A program made the translations under genes and the position numbers. A DNA stretch of 64,000 nucleotides from Spirochaetota bacterium (GTDB lineage: Bacteria; Spirochaetota; UBA12135; COTS27; CBDBHE01). Positions 39,456-49,129 of this stretch are shown here, in pieces; within the stretch, counting starts at the first letter, position 1; each line of letters opens with the position of its first letter. The DNA lies in the NCBI GenBank assembly GCA_965205605.1, contig CBDBHE010000006.1:64001-128000 (forward strand), given 5' to 3'. The notes under the pieces are model-generated. The model saw only the letters and a program-made list of their open reading frames with translations, was not told where the DNA came from and searched no databases.

Positions 39456-42400
39456 ATGAAACAAAGTCGTTTTATTTTTTCTTTTATTTTTTCTTTTTTA
39501 TCTATTTGTTTATTTTCTGAAGATTTAAGCCTTACTGGCAAATGGAAGCTTTGGTATGACAAACCAGCTAAGGATTGGCATGAGGCGCTTCCTATTGGAA
39601 ATGGACGCATAGGAGGAATGGTGCATGGAGGCATTAAGCGTGAGATCGTTCAATTAAACGAAGATACGATTTGGGCTAAGCACCCAAGTAGGCCTTTTAA
39701 AAAAAATGCTTATCAAACTTTTTCTAAAGCTGAAAAACTTTTTTTTGAAGGAAAAGCTTTTGAAGCTGAAAAAATTATTAAAAAAGGGTTTATGAATAAA
39801 AAATTGATAAAAAGTTATCAAACGATGGGTGATTTAGACCTTTATTTTATGAAGATTGATGAATTAAAGGTAAAGAATTATAAAAGATTTCTTGATTTAG
39901 AAACAGGAATTGCTCAGACAGTTTTTGACCATGAAGGGATACGATACACAAGAGAGGTGTTTGTTAGTGAAGCGGATCAAGTGCTGATGATGACATTGTC
40001 TTCTAGTGCAAAAGGGGCTATTAATACCAAAATTAAACTTAATCGTAATAGAGGAGCTAAAATTAAATACGAAAAAGATGAGATTATTTTAAATGCTCGA
40101 GCTTATCATTTGAAAAATTTTGACGAAGGGGTAGCTAGAGGATTGATGAGACCTTCTCGAAATAAAAAAAAATTAGCTGAAAAAATTAAACGAGTCGCTT
40201 TCAAACAAAAGTATTGGGATCGAGTAAAAAAAGCTGATCAATCAGGCTGGCAAAAAGAATATTACCTCCCTTCTTTTAATGATAGTAAATGGGATGAAAT
40301 AACCCTTCCGTATAAGTGGGGAGAAGAAAAAGTGAGTTTTACAGGGATTAAGTGGTATCGAAAAAGGATTGTTATTCCTGATTCTTGGGAAGGAAAAGAC
40401 CTCAAGCTTTTTTTAGGAGAATTAAATGCTAGTGATCAAGCTTGGTTTAATGGACAAAAAATAGGGGAAACGATTTTATCTGGAGAAAAGAGGCTTTATG
40501 ATATCCCTGCTCAATTGGTTAAAAAAGGTAAAGCGGTTTTAACCTTAGCGACTTTTCATACTGGTTATATTTTTGGCACAGGGTATGAAACAAAATTTCA
40601 ATCTGGAAAAGAAGCTTGTGAAATTTACCCTCAAGGAAATAAAAAACAAGCTCTTGCTCTGAGTGGAAACTGGAAAAGAGCAACGATGAAAAGTGATAAA
40701 AAGTATCAAATCATGAAAGGAACTCGTTTTAATACACGTCTTAAAGTCAAAACTGTTTCAGGAAATATTGTTAACAAGAAAGATTATCTTGAAATTAAAA
40801 ATGCTGATAAAGTTTTTATATATTTAACAGCGGGGACTGATTTTTATAAAGAAAACTGGGTTAAGAGTCTTTTTTATAAAGCCCTTTCTTTGTTTAATTC
40901 TAATTTGACTCTTCCAGCTAGAAGAGCTGGAAAAGACATGAAACGTGTTATTAGTAAATCTTTTGAAAGAATAAAGTTGGAGGGGATTGGTTCTCATTTT
41001 AAATTGTTTAAGCGAGTTAACTTGGATTTTGGGGGGCATGAAGCTAGAAAAAAACCAACGGACAAACGTCTTTCATTACTCAAACAAGGAGCCGTAGATC
41101 CTGATTTATTAGCTCTATATTTTCATTATGGTCGTTACTTACTCATTGCCTCTTCTAGACCTAACACCCAACCGGCTAATCTACAAGGAATTTGGTGTCA
41201 CAATTTAGAAGCGCCGTGGCAGAGTGATTTTCACATTAACATTAATTTTCAAATGAACTACTGGCCCGCTCAAATGTTTCAGTTAGAAGAATCTCATTTA
41301 CCGTACTTTGATTTAATCGATCGAGTGAGTAAACAAGGGGTAAAAGTAGCTAAAAATCATTATAACGCTAGAGGGTGGATGGCTCATCATGCCACTGATA
41401 TTTGGGTTGATGTTAGAGCATCTGGAAGGCCTGTTTGGGGAGCTTTTCAGTATGGGGGAGCTTGGGCCACTAGGCAATATTGGGAATATTATCAGTATAC
41501 TCAAGATAAAGAGTTTTTGAGAAAAAGAGCTTTTCCTATTTTAAAAGGAGCCTCTAAGTTTTTATTAGATTATTTAATCGTTCACCCTAAAACAGGAGAA
41601 CTTGTAGCAAGACTTTCAAATAGTCCTGAGAATAAATTTGTTCTTCCAAATAATAAAAAAATGACTCTTTCTCCTGGGGCTTCGATGAGCCAGTTAATTA
41701 CTTTGGATACATTTGAAAACTTTATTAATGCAGCAGCTGTTTTGGAAAAAGAAAATGATGCCACTGTAAAAGAAGTCAAAAAAGCTTTACAAAAATTAGC
41801 TTTTCCAAAAATAGGTGAAGATGGTCGTGTTATGGAATGGTATGAAGATTATAAAGAAGCTAACCTAGGACATCGTCATGTGTCTCATCTATATGCTTTA
41901 CATCCAGCGGCTCACTTTTTTGATAGGGAAGGGTATGTAGAGGCAGCTAGAAAATCACTTGAAACACGTTTGGCTCATGGAGGAGGGCATACGGGTTGGA
42001 GTAGGGCTTGGATTATTAATTTTTGGGCACGTCTTAAATCAGCAGAAAAATCTTATAATAATTTAATCTTAATTTTAAAAAAATCAACCTTACCTAATTT
42101 ATTTGACGATCATCCCCCTTTTCAAATCGATGGTAATTTTGGAGCTATCGCTGGAATGGGAGAAATGCTTTTACAATCTCATCAATTGATATCGGTAGAA
42201 GGAAACAAGATTCATCTTTTAGATGTTTTACCTGCTTTATCAAGTTCGTTATCTAAAGGATCTTTTAAAGGATTTAAGACGAGAGGAAATGTCATTGTTG
42301 ATTTAGATTGGTCAGATAAAAAACCAACTAAGCTTCGTTTGAGTTCAACAAAAAATAATGCAGGCTATCTTGCCTTTAAGCTTCCAAAAGGAGTTTCCGT

Positions 42401-42509
42401 TGCTCAAATCCAATCTAAGGATAAAATTTCTTTACAAAAAAAAGAAAATATTTTTTTACTTAAAATAGAAAATGAAGGTTCTTTTTCGGTTGATGTTTTT
42501 TGTGAATAG
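39456..42509 (+). CDS. Secreted GH95 alpha-L-fucosidase with inserted beta-sandwich module
   Basis: Signal peptide, WHEALPIGNGRIGGMV, PANLQGIW, DFHININFQMNYW, SPEN, GHRHVSHL, TGWSRAW, PPFQIDGNFG. Confidence 0.93.
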   Translation: MKQSRFIFSFIFSFLSICLFSEDLSLTGKWKLWYDKPAKDWHEALPIGNGRIGGMVHGGIKREIVQLNEDTIWAKHPSRPFKKNAYQTFSKAEKLFFEGKAFEAEKIIKKGFMNKKLIKSYQTMGDLDLYFMKIDELKVKNYKRFLDLETGIAQTVFDHEGIRYTREVFVSEADQVLMMTLSSSAKGAINTKIKLNRNRGAKIKYEKDEIILNARAYHLKNFDEGVARGLMRPSRNKKKLAEKIKRVAFKQKYWDRVKKADQSGWQKEYYLPSFNDSKWDEITLPYKWGEEKVSFTGIKWYRKRIVIPDSWEGKDLKLFLGELNASDQAWFNGQKIGETILSGEKRLYDIPAQLVKKGKAVLTLATFHTGYIFGTGYETKFQSGKEACEIYPQGNKKQALALSGNWKRATMKSDKKYQIMKGTRFNTRLKVKTVSGNIVNKKDYLEIKNADKVFIYLTAGTDFYKENWVKSLFYKALSLFNSNLTLPARRAGKDMKRVISKSFERIKLEGIGSHFKLFKRVNLDFGGHEARKKPTDKRLSLLKQGAVDPDLLALYFHYGRYLLIASSRPNTQPANLQGIWCHNLEAPWQSDFHININFQMNYWPAQMFQLEESHLPYFDLIDRVSKQGVKVAKNHYNARGWMAHHATDIWVDVRASGRPVWGAFQYGGAWATRQYWEYYQYTQDKEFLRKRAFPILKGASKFLLDYLIVHPKTGELVARLSNSPENKFVLPNNKKMTLSPGASMSQLITLDTFENFINAAAVLEKENDATVKEVKKALQKLAFPKIGEDGRVMEWYEDYKEANLGHRHVSHLYALHPAAHFFDREGYVEAARKSLETRLAHGGGHTGWSRAWIINFWARLKSAEKSYNNLILILKKSTLPNLFDDHPPFQIDGNFGAIAGMGEMLLQSHQLISVEGNKIHLLDVLPALSSSLSKGSFKGFKTRGNVIVDLDWSDKKPTKLRLSSTKNNAGYLAFKLPKGVSVAQIQSKDKISLQKKENIFLLKIENEGSFSVDVFCE

Positions 42510-42539
42510 AAAATTTTATCTTTTTTATTTTTTTCATCT

Positions 42540-42574
42540 TTAGTCCTTAGTCCTTAGTCCTTAGTCCTTAGTCC
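42540..42574 (+). repeat. Heptamer tandem repeat (TTAGTCC)x5
   Basis: Five perfect copies, read directly from the sequence. Confidence 0.97.
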
Positions 42575-42605
42575 TTTTGCCTTTTAGTAAAAGGACTTTT
42601 TTTTT
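42570..42605 (+). terminator. Intrinsic terminator after the GH95 gene
   Basis: AGTCCTTTTGC-CTTTTA-GTAAAAGGACT forms an 11-bp stem with one G-U pair, followed by a T tract. Confidence 0.8.
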
Positions 42606-42609
42606 ATAT

Positions 42610-42643
42610 TTTTATTGTATAATAAAATTTTATTGTATAATAA
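42610..42643 (+). repeat. Direct repeat TTTTATTGTATAATAA x2 (period 18), duplicating a TATAAT box
   Basis: Copies at 42610-42625 and 42628-42643, upstream of the TPR gene. Confidence 0.85.
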
Positions 42644-42682
42644 GAATAGTTTTTTTTATTTTTAGGTAGGTAAAAACCTCTT

Positions 42683-44608
42683 ATGTTGCCACATCGTTAT
42701 TTTTTTTTACTTTTTTTATCTTTTTTATTTATAGTTAACTCTCTTTTTTCTAGAGGAATTAAATATAAAACGCAAGAAGTTTATTTTGCTCCAAAAGATA
42801 TTCGCCTTGATTTAGCTGTTTCTAGAAGAGGAAAAGTGATTAGTTTGTCTAAAAAAGCCCTGTTATTACAAAAGAAAAACAAATACAATGATGCAAGTGA
42901 TTATTTTTTAAGAGCGGTTAAAGAAACAGAAAAAATTAAAACCAAAACAGTTTCAAAAGCATATAATAACTTTATTCTTGCTAGACATTATTTATTGATA
43001 GATAATTTAGCACAAGCTCAAGTGAGGCTTTTAAGTGCATATGAAGAAACAGAAAATTTTTTAAAAGAAGGTGGGGGAAAAAAAAATGATCAAAAATTAG
43101 CTTTTAAATTAACTTCTTATATTTCTTTTTTACTGGCTCGTTTAGATCAAAAAGAAGGTCGTCTTAAGAAAGCTCTTAGAGCTTATGAAAGGCTAAATGT
43201 TTTAGTAGAAAAAATAACTCCTGGTAAAAACAAAAAACTTGAAAAAGAAAAAAAAAACCTTTATCTTTCTTTTAAAAAAAGTAATTTTTTATACTTTGTT
43301 TATTATCGATTAGGGGAGATTTATTTGGAATTAAACCAATTAGACAAAGCTTTTTCTTATTTTGAAAAAATCCCTAAAAAAACAAATATTTATTTTTCTT
43401 CTCATGCTTATTTTCAAATGGGGTATTATTACTTTAAAAAAAATGATTTTAAAAAGGCTCTTAAGTTTTATAAAAAAGTTAATAAAAAGTCTTCTATTTA
43501 TGTGGATGCTCTTTTTGATCAAAGCTTGATATTCAAAAAGCAAAATAAATCATCTGAAAAATTTAGGACTTATCAAAAAATGTATGCTTCTTATCGTAAA
43601 ACAGAGCCTGTGGCGGGGTATGCGATTTATCATTTAGGTAAAAAAGCTTTAGACAGTAGAAAGCTTAATTTAGCTTATGAGTATTTCAAAAATTTCACAA
43701 ATGATACCTTTAGTAATTTTGAATATCGTAAAAAAGCTCTTAAAATAGCTTGTAAAATGGATATTGATAAAGCTAAATTGAATACGCCTTTAAGCTATTA
43801 TTTTTTTGATCATTATTCAAAAGAAAGTTTGTCATTAATAGAAGGATATCTTGATAAAAAGTTAATTTTTATGAAAAGCAAAACTAAGTTAGATGAAATT
43901 AAAAATTTGTTAAATTATTTTTTGGATAAAAACACAATCCCAGCTCTTTTAAAGTTAAAGATTGTTGCTAAATATAAAAATTTAACTTTTGAAAAAAAAG
44001 AAGCTATTTTTAATGATGCTCAAAAAGCATTACAGGCAACAGATGATTTTAGCAAAAAAAGTGAAATTGCTTATGCTTTAGCTCATTTTTTAAGAATGAA
44101 TCAAAAATTTGAACAAGCTAAAAACCACTATAAAATGAGTTTTTTTTTTAATCCAGAAGCCATTGAAGCCGTTGAATCTCTTTTCAAAGTAGCTTATTTT
44201 TATATGGGTAAAAAAAATGACATAAAAGTAGAAATGATTATTGATAAAATTATTAATATTTACCCTGATAAAGAAGCCGTTGTTAAAGCAAAGACAGCTT
44301 TAAAAGATTATCATGAAAATAATAATAAAAACAATCCAGATTTTTTTAAAAAAGAAAAAGAAAAAAATGATGCTAAAGATAATCCTGTAAAAAATCCTAC
44401 TACAGTTAGAGCTAAAGATAAAGAAACAAATCAAGAAAAAGAAAATAAAGACAAAGAAACAAATCAAGAAAAAGAAAAAAATGATTCTGGAGATAATCTA
44501 GTAAAAGATCTTGATGCGATTAATCCTGAAGACGAAGAAGAAAATAGTCAAGACGAAGAAGAAAATAGTCAAAGAATACTAGAAGAATTTTTAAAGCGAA
44601 ATGAATGA
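42683..44608 (+). CDS. Exported TPR-repeat protein with charged repetitive tail
   Basis: Signal peptide and TPR patterns (YYRLGEIY...A.SYF; AYFQMGYYY...A.KFY; AVESLFKVA...II..YP). Confidence 0.8.
   Translation: MLPHRYFFLLFLSFLFIVNSLFSRGIKYKTQEVYFAPKDIRLDLAVSRRGKVISLSKKALLLQKKNKYNDASDYFLRAVKETEKIKTKTVSKAYNNFILARHYLLIDNLAQAQVRLLSAYEETENFLKEGGGKKNDQKLAFKLTSYISFLLARLDQKEGRLKKALRAYERLNVLVEKITPGKNKKLEKEKKNLYLSFKKSNFLYFVYYRLGEIYLELNQLDKAFSYFEKIPKKTNIYFSSHAYFQMGYYYFKKNDFKKALKFYKKVNKKSSIYVDALFDQSLIFKKQNKSSEKFRTYQKMYASYRKTEPVAGYAIYHLGKKALDSRKLNLAYEYFKNFTNDTFSNFEYRKKALKIACKMDIDKAKLNTPLSYYFFDHYSKESLSLIEGYLDKKLIFMKSKTKLDEIKNLLNYFLDKNTIPALLKLKIVAKYKNLTFEKKEAIFNDAQKALQATDDFSKKSEIAYALAHFLRMNQKFEQAKNHYKMSFFFNPEAIEAVESLFKVAYFYMGKKNDIKVEMIIDKIINIYPDKEAVVKAKTALKDYHENNNKNNPDFFKKEKEKNDAKDNPVKNPTTVRAKDKETNQEKENKDKETNQEKEKNDSGDNLVKDLDAINPEDEEENSQDEEENSQRILEEFLKRNE
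44414..44572 (+). repeat. In-frame tandem duplications: 33 nt x2 and 21 nt x2
   Basis: KDKETNQEKEN/KDKETNQEKEK at 44414-44479, and a perfect GACGAAGAAGAAAATAGTCAA x2 at 44531-44572. Confidence 0.92.
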
Positions 44609-44798
44609 TTGTTTTTGAATTAAAGTAAAAGAGTTTTTTTATAAAATTTTGATTTTTATTCGAAGCAATTTAAAAATAGCTTCTTCTCTTTTTACTCAGT
44701 TTATTATAATTGGTGATGAGTTTTAGTAGTGCCAAAGTACTTAATACTAACTTTTTTTTTATTTGTCGTCAGTAGCAGTTTTGAAGAGGAAGACTTTA

Positions 44799-44883
44799 GT
44801 TGATAAAAAAGGATTCTTTAGGTATGGGTGTTTCAATTGGAGGATTTACTAAGTGGAAAGAAGTGATGGGTGCTCTTATATGA
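44799..44883 (+). pseudogene. Possible eroded alpha/beta-hydrolase remnant
   Basis: Pieces in different frames read VDKK / RI / LGMGVSIGGFTKW, resembling VDxxRIxxxGxSxGGxxxW. Confidence 0.25.
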
Positions 44884-44915
44884 GAATAGTTTATTCAAAT
44901 AAAATTCATTAAGAT

Positions 44916-46361
44916 CTAATTTTTTTCAATTAATTGAAAAAAAATTTTGTTAATCAAACTAGGGTTTGCTTGTCCTTTAGTTTTTTTCATTGCCTGCCCA
45001 ACTAAAAAACCAAGTACTTTTTGATTTCCATTTTTGTATTTTTCGACGATATCTTGATTTTTTTTGATAATTTCTTTTGCAATTTTTTTAAGTAAATCTT
45101 GATCTGAAACGACTTTTAGACTTTTTTCTTTCATGATAGTTAAAGGATTTTTTTGGGTGTCAATCATTTCTGGGAAAATATCTTTAGCTATTTTTCCAGA
45201 AAGATCCCCTTCAGAAATTAGCTTAACGAGCATACCGACATGTTCTGCTTTGACAGAAAAATCATTAATTGAAATCAGATTTTCATTTAAAATAGAAAGA
45301 ATTTCAGTTGTGATCCAATTACATATTTTTTTGGGTTGCTTTGGAAAAAAAGCAACTGCTTTTTCATAATAATCAGCTAAGTTTTTGTCGTTTGCAAGGA
45401 CAGTTGCATCATAATTTGAAAGGTGATAATGATTGATAAACCTATGTTTTTTGGCTTCGGGAAGTTCTTCTAAATTGTCTTTGATGGAGTCAATTTCTTT
45501 TTGAGTTAAAACACAAGGAAGTAAATCAGGTTCTGGAAAATAACGATAATCGTGGAGTTTTTCTTTACTTCGCATACTTTTTGTTTTTTTAGTTTCTGTA
45601 TCCCAAAGAAGAGTTTCTACTAGGATGGTTTGACCTTTTTCTAAAAGATTAATTTGTCTTTTAATTTCATATTCGATGGCCTCAGAGAGACCTTTAAAAG
45701 TATTCATATTTTTAATTTCTGTTCGGTTACCTAGTTTTTTTTCATTTTCTTGCTTGATAGAAATATTAGCATCACATCTAAGAGATCCTTCTTCCATGTT
45801 GCAATTGGAGACATCGATATAGAGCATATTTTTTTTCAGCTCTTCAAGGTAAGTTTTGACTTCTTCAACTGAGTTTAAGTGAGGTTCGGAAACGATCTCG
45901 ATTAAAGGAGTCCCTGCTCGATTGAGGTCGACATAACTTTCATTGATTTGTTTTGATTGAGAGTGAATGAGTTTACCAGCATCTTCTTCGATATGAATGC
46001 GGTTGATTCCAATTTTTTTTTCTGAGTTATTTTTTGTTTTAATTTTTAGATAACCATCTGAAGCGATAGGTTTATCGTATTGAGAAATTTGATAAGCTTT
46101 TGGAAGATCGGGATAAAAATAATTTTTTCTATCAAATTTTGAAAAAGTATTAATAGTACAGTTTGTTGCCAGACCAGCTTTTATGGCTTTTTTACAGGCT
46201 TTTTGATTAAGAACAGGTAGAGTACCCGGGTGTCCTAAGCAAATAGGACAAGTATTGGTATTGGGCTCAGCTCCAAAATTATTGGCACACGAACAAAAAA
46301 GTTTTGTGTTCGTGTTGAGCTGAATATGAACTTCTAAGCCAATAACTACTTGCCAGACCAT
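44916..46361 (-). CDS. gatB: Asp/Glu-tRNA amidotransferase subunit B
   Basis: VIGLEVHIQL, RKNYFYPDLPKAYQISQ, DLNRAGTPLIEIVSEP, YRYFPEPDL. Confidence 0.98.
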   Translation of the reverse strand: MVWQVVIGLEVHIQLNTNTKLFCSCANNFGAEPNTNTCPICLGHPGTLPVLNQKACKKAIKAGLATNCTINTFSKFDRKNYFYPDLPKAYQISQYDKPIASDGYLKIKTKNNSEKKIGINRIHIEEDAGKLIHSQSKQINESYVDLNRAGTPLIEIVSEPHLNSVEEVKTYLEELKKNMLYIDVSNCNMEEGSLRCDANISIKQENEKKLGNRTEIKNMNTFKGLSEAIEYEIKRQINLLEKGQTILVETLLWDTETKKTKSMRSKEKLHDYRYFPEPDLLPCVLTQKEIDSIKDNLEELPEAKKHRFINHYHLSNYDATVLANDKNLADYYEKAVAFFPKQPKKICNWITTEILSILNENLISINDFSVKAEHVGMLVKLISEGDLSGKIAKDIFPEMIDTQKNPLTIMKEKSLKVVSDQDLLKKIAKEIIKKNQDIVEKYKNGNQKVLGFLVGQAMKKTKGQANPSLINKIFFQLIEKN

Positions 46362-46366
46362 ATTAA

Positions 46367-47800
46367 TTAAAATTCCCAGTGATTTTCTTTTTGGTACATG
46401 TGAGCTAAATTAAGGATTGTTTCTTCTTCAAAAGCTTTTCCAATTAGCTGAAAAGAAATAGGCAGTCCCTTAGTGTCTTTTCCACAAGGAATCGAAATAG
46501 ATGGTAGTCCAGTTAAATTAGAAGGAGTTGTAAACGAATCAGATAAATACATTTCAATAGGATTTTTAATTTTTTCTCCTATTTTAAAAACAAGGTCAGG
46601 AGTTGTTGGGCTTAGTAAAACATCAAAGTGACTAAGCTTTTCAGTAAACTCTTGTTTCATCCAATTTCGAATACGGTGGGCTTTTACATAATAATCATCA
46701 TAGTAACCAGAAGATAAAACATATGTTCCTAAGAGAATGCGTTGTTTTACTTCTTCTCCAAACCCTTCTGATCTTGAAAGAAAATAAGTTTCATTTAAGT
46801 TTTTGGCCTGTTTGTTTCTTGCTCCATAACGAATCCCATCAAACCTTGCTAAATTAGAGCTTGCTTCTGCTGTTGCAATAATATAGTAACTAGTGAGAGC
46901 ATAATGAGTACTAGGAATAGAGACTTCTTCAATTTGACAATTTTGTTTTTTAAAAAAATCGATTATTTTTTCTAAAGATTTTAAGATTTCAGGAGAAATT
47001 TTTTCTGAAAAGAATTCTTTTAAAATACCTATTTTTTTTCCTGAAAGAGATTTATTTAAATAAGCTTCATAGTTTAACACTTTTTTTTTAGCAGAAGTAC
47101 TATCTAGTTGATCATAACCACTAATAGCATTGAGTAAAATAGCTGCATCTTCAGCTGTTTTTGTAATAGGGCCAATTTGATCTAAAGAAGAAGCAAAAGC
47201 AACTAAACCATAGCGAGAAACTCGACCATAAGTTGGTTTTAAACCAACAATCCCACAACAAGCTGCTGGTTGACGAATACTCCCTCCGGTGTCGCTACCA
47301 ATAGCTGCTATTGCTAAATTACCACTTACACTCGCTGCCGCTCCTCCTGAAGAACCTCCTGGAATATATTCTAAATTAATAGGGTTTCTAACAATTCCTT
47401 TTTTAGAAGTTTCATTTGATGAACCCATGGCAAACTCATCCATGTTGGTTCTTCCAAAAATAATTGCTCCATTTTCAATTAGTTTTTTACAAACTCCAGA
47501 TGTATAAGGAGAAATATAGCCTTTTAAAATATCAGAACAACATTCTACCCGTTCCCCTTCTAAATGCATATTGTCTTTGATGACAATAGGAATTCCTGCT
47601 AAAGGTTGATTGAGATGATTTTTTTCAGCTTCTTTTAAAGCTCTTTCTTTATTAATAGAGACGATGGCATTAATTTTAAGATCTTTTTTTTGATCACCTT
47701 CAATTTTTTTAAAGTAGTGAAGTAGTAATTCTTTTGAAGAAATTTCTTTTTTCTTTAAAGCATCAATGGTTTTTTTGAGAGTTAGCTCTTCAATTTTCAC
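46367..47800 (-). CDS. gatA: Asp/Glu-tRNA amidotransferase subunit A
   Basis: KDN, NMDEFAMGSS, PGGSSGG, GSDTGGSIRQPA, EASSNLARFDGIRYG. Confidence 0.98.
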   Translation of the reverse strand: MKIEELTLKKTIDALKKKEISSKELLLHYFKKIEGDQKKDLKINAIVSINKERALKEAEKNHLNQPLAGIPIVIKDNMHLEGERVECCSDILKGYISPYTSGVCKKLIENGAIIFGRTNMDEFAMGSSNETSKKGIVRNPINLEYIPGGSSGGAAASVSGNLAIAAIGSDTGGSIRQPAACCGIVGLKPTYGRVSRYGLVAFASSLDQIGPITKTAEDAAILLNAISGYDQLDSTSAKKKVLNYEAYLNKSLSGKKIGILKEFFSEKISPEILKSLEKIIDFFKKQNCQIEEVSIPSTHYALTSYYIIATAEASSNLARFDGIRYGARNKQAKNLNETYFLSRSEGFGEEVKQRILLGTYVLSSGYYDDYYVKAHRIRNWMKQEFTEKLSHFDVLLSPTTPDLVFKIGEKIKNPIEMYLSDSFTTPSNLTGLPSISIPCGKDTKGLPISFQLIGKAFEEETILNLAHMYQKENHWEF

Positions 47801-47864
47801 GTTGTTTTAGAAGAAGAATATTTTTTTTATTTTTGATTTTGAGTTAATAAATTTAGAAAAAAAT

Positions 47865-47893
47865 AGTATAGCATTCAAAAATAATTGATGCAA
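47865..47893 (-). promoter_or_regulatory. sigma70 promoter of gatAB
   Basis: TTGCAT-N17-TATACT with a TG extension. Confidence 0.6.
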
Positions 47894-47992
47894 TTTGTTT
47901 TTAACTTTTAGAGAGTTTAAAACCCTTCTTTTTATTTTATTTTTTTTAGACTAAAATGTATGTAAAAATTTAAGTAAGCTACTTTAGTTAAA

Positions 47993-49129
47993 ATGCTCAA
48001 AGAAAATAAAAAAAAATTGAAAGAAGTAGGAATTGTTTCATACCAAGAGATTAGCTTTAATGAGGAGCAAATCCTTAAATTAGAAAATGGATCTTTTTTA
48101 AAGTCCTTTAAACTTCGTTATGAAACTTATGGAAAGCTTAATAAAGATTGTTCTAACGCTATTTTAATTGAACATTCTCTTTCATCTAATCATCACGCAG
48201 CAGGTAAATATCATCCTTCAGATAAGAAGTCAGGGTGGTGGGATTCTATGATTGGTCCTAAAAAAGCTTTTAATACTGATCAGTATTTTATTATTTGTAT
48301 TAACTGTATAGGAGGTTGTAGTGGATCAACGGGACCCAATTCGATTAATCCACAAACGGGTGAGCCGTATAATCTTAAGTTTCCAATGATCACTATCGGC
48401 GATATGGTTAATGCAGAAATCTATTTACTTGATTATTTAAATATCAAACAACTTTTTGCTATTTGTGGAAGCTCGATGGGGGGAATGAAAGCACTTCATT
48501 GGTCTATTTATTATCCAAATCGAATTAAAAATCTCATTGCTATTGCCACGACATCTTCTCAAAATGCGCAATCAATTGCATTTAGTGAAGTCGCCCGTCA
48601 AGCAATTATGGCAGACCCTAATTGGAAAAATGGAGATTATACCCGTTATCAATCTTTACCTAAATCTGGTCTTAGTATTGCTAGAATGATGGCACATATT
48701 ACGTATTTAAGTGATGCGTCAATGCGAAAAAAATTTGGAAGAAAGCTTCAAAGTAAAAAAAACTTGGACTTTACTTTTGATATCGAATTTGAAGTTGAAA
48801 GTTATTTGCGCCATCAAGGTAATAAATTTATTGATTTTTTTGATCCTAATTCTTATTTATATATGTCAAAAGCGCTTAATTATTTTGATTTAGAAAGTGA
48901 GTTTCCTTCTTTAAAAATTGCTTTTTCAAGAGCAAGTTGTCGTTTTCTTATTATTTCTTTTTCAAGTGATTGGCTATACCCTTCTTATATGAGTCAAAAA
49001 TTAGTCAAAGCTATGCTAGAGGCGGGCAAAGAAGCTTCTTATGTTAAAGTTGAGACAGATTTAGGTCATGATGCTTTTTTACTTGAGTTTGAAACGATTA
49101 CAAAGTTGATTAAATCTTTTTTATACTAA
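47993..49129 (+). CDS. metX: Homoserine O-acyltransferase
   Basis: YETYGKLN, GWWDSMIGP, GSSMGG, ARMMAHITYLS, SSDWLYP, GHDAFL. Confidence 0.96.
   Translation: MLKENKKKLKEVGIVSYQEISFNEEQILKLENGSFLKSFKLRYETYGKLNKDCSNAILIEHSLSSNHHAAGKYHPSDKKSGWWDSMIGPKKAFNTDQYFIICINCIGGCSGSTGPNSINPQTGEPYNLKFPMITIGDMVNAEIYLLDYLNIKQLFAICGSSMGGMKALHWSIYYPNRIKNLIAIATTSSQNAQSIAFSEVARQAIMADPNWKNGDYTRYQSLPKSGLSIARMMAHITYLSDASMRKKFGRKLQSKKNLDFTFDIEFEVESYLRHQGNKFIDFFDPNSYLYMSKALNYFDLESEFPSLKIAFSRASCRFLIISFSSDWLYPSYMSQKLVKAMLEAGKEASYVKVETDLGHDAFLLEFETITKLIKSFLY

Noticed and set aside
42540-42643. Repeats as a possible CRISPR array
   Set aside because: The units are 7 and 16 nt in tandem without unique spacers, and no cas gene is present.
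47801-47992. SAM riboswitch or T-box before metX or gatA
   Set aside because: The spacer is almost all A/T with no conserved aptamer motifs.
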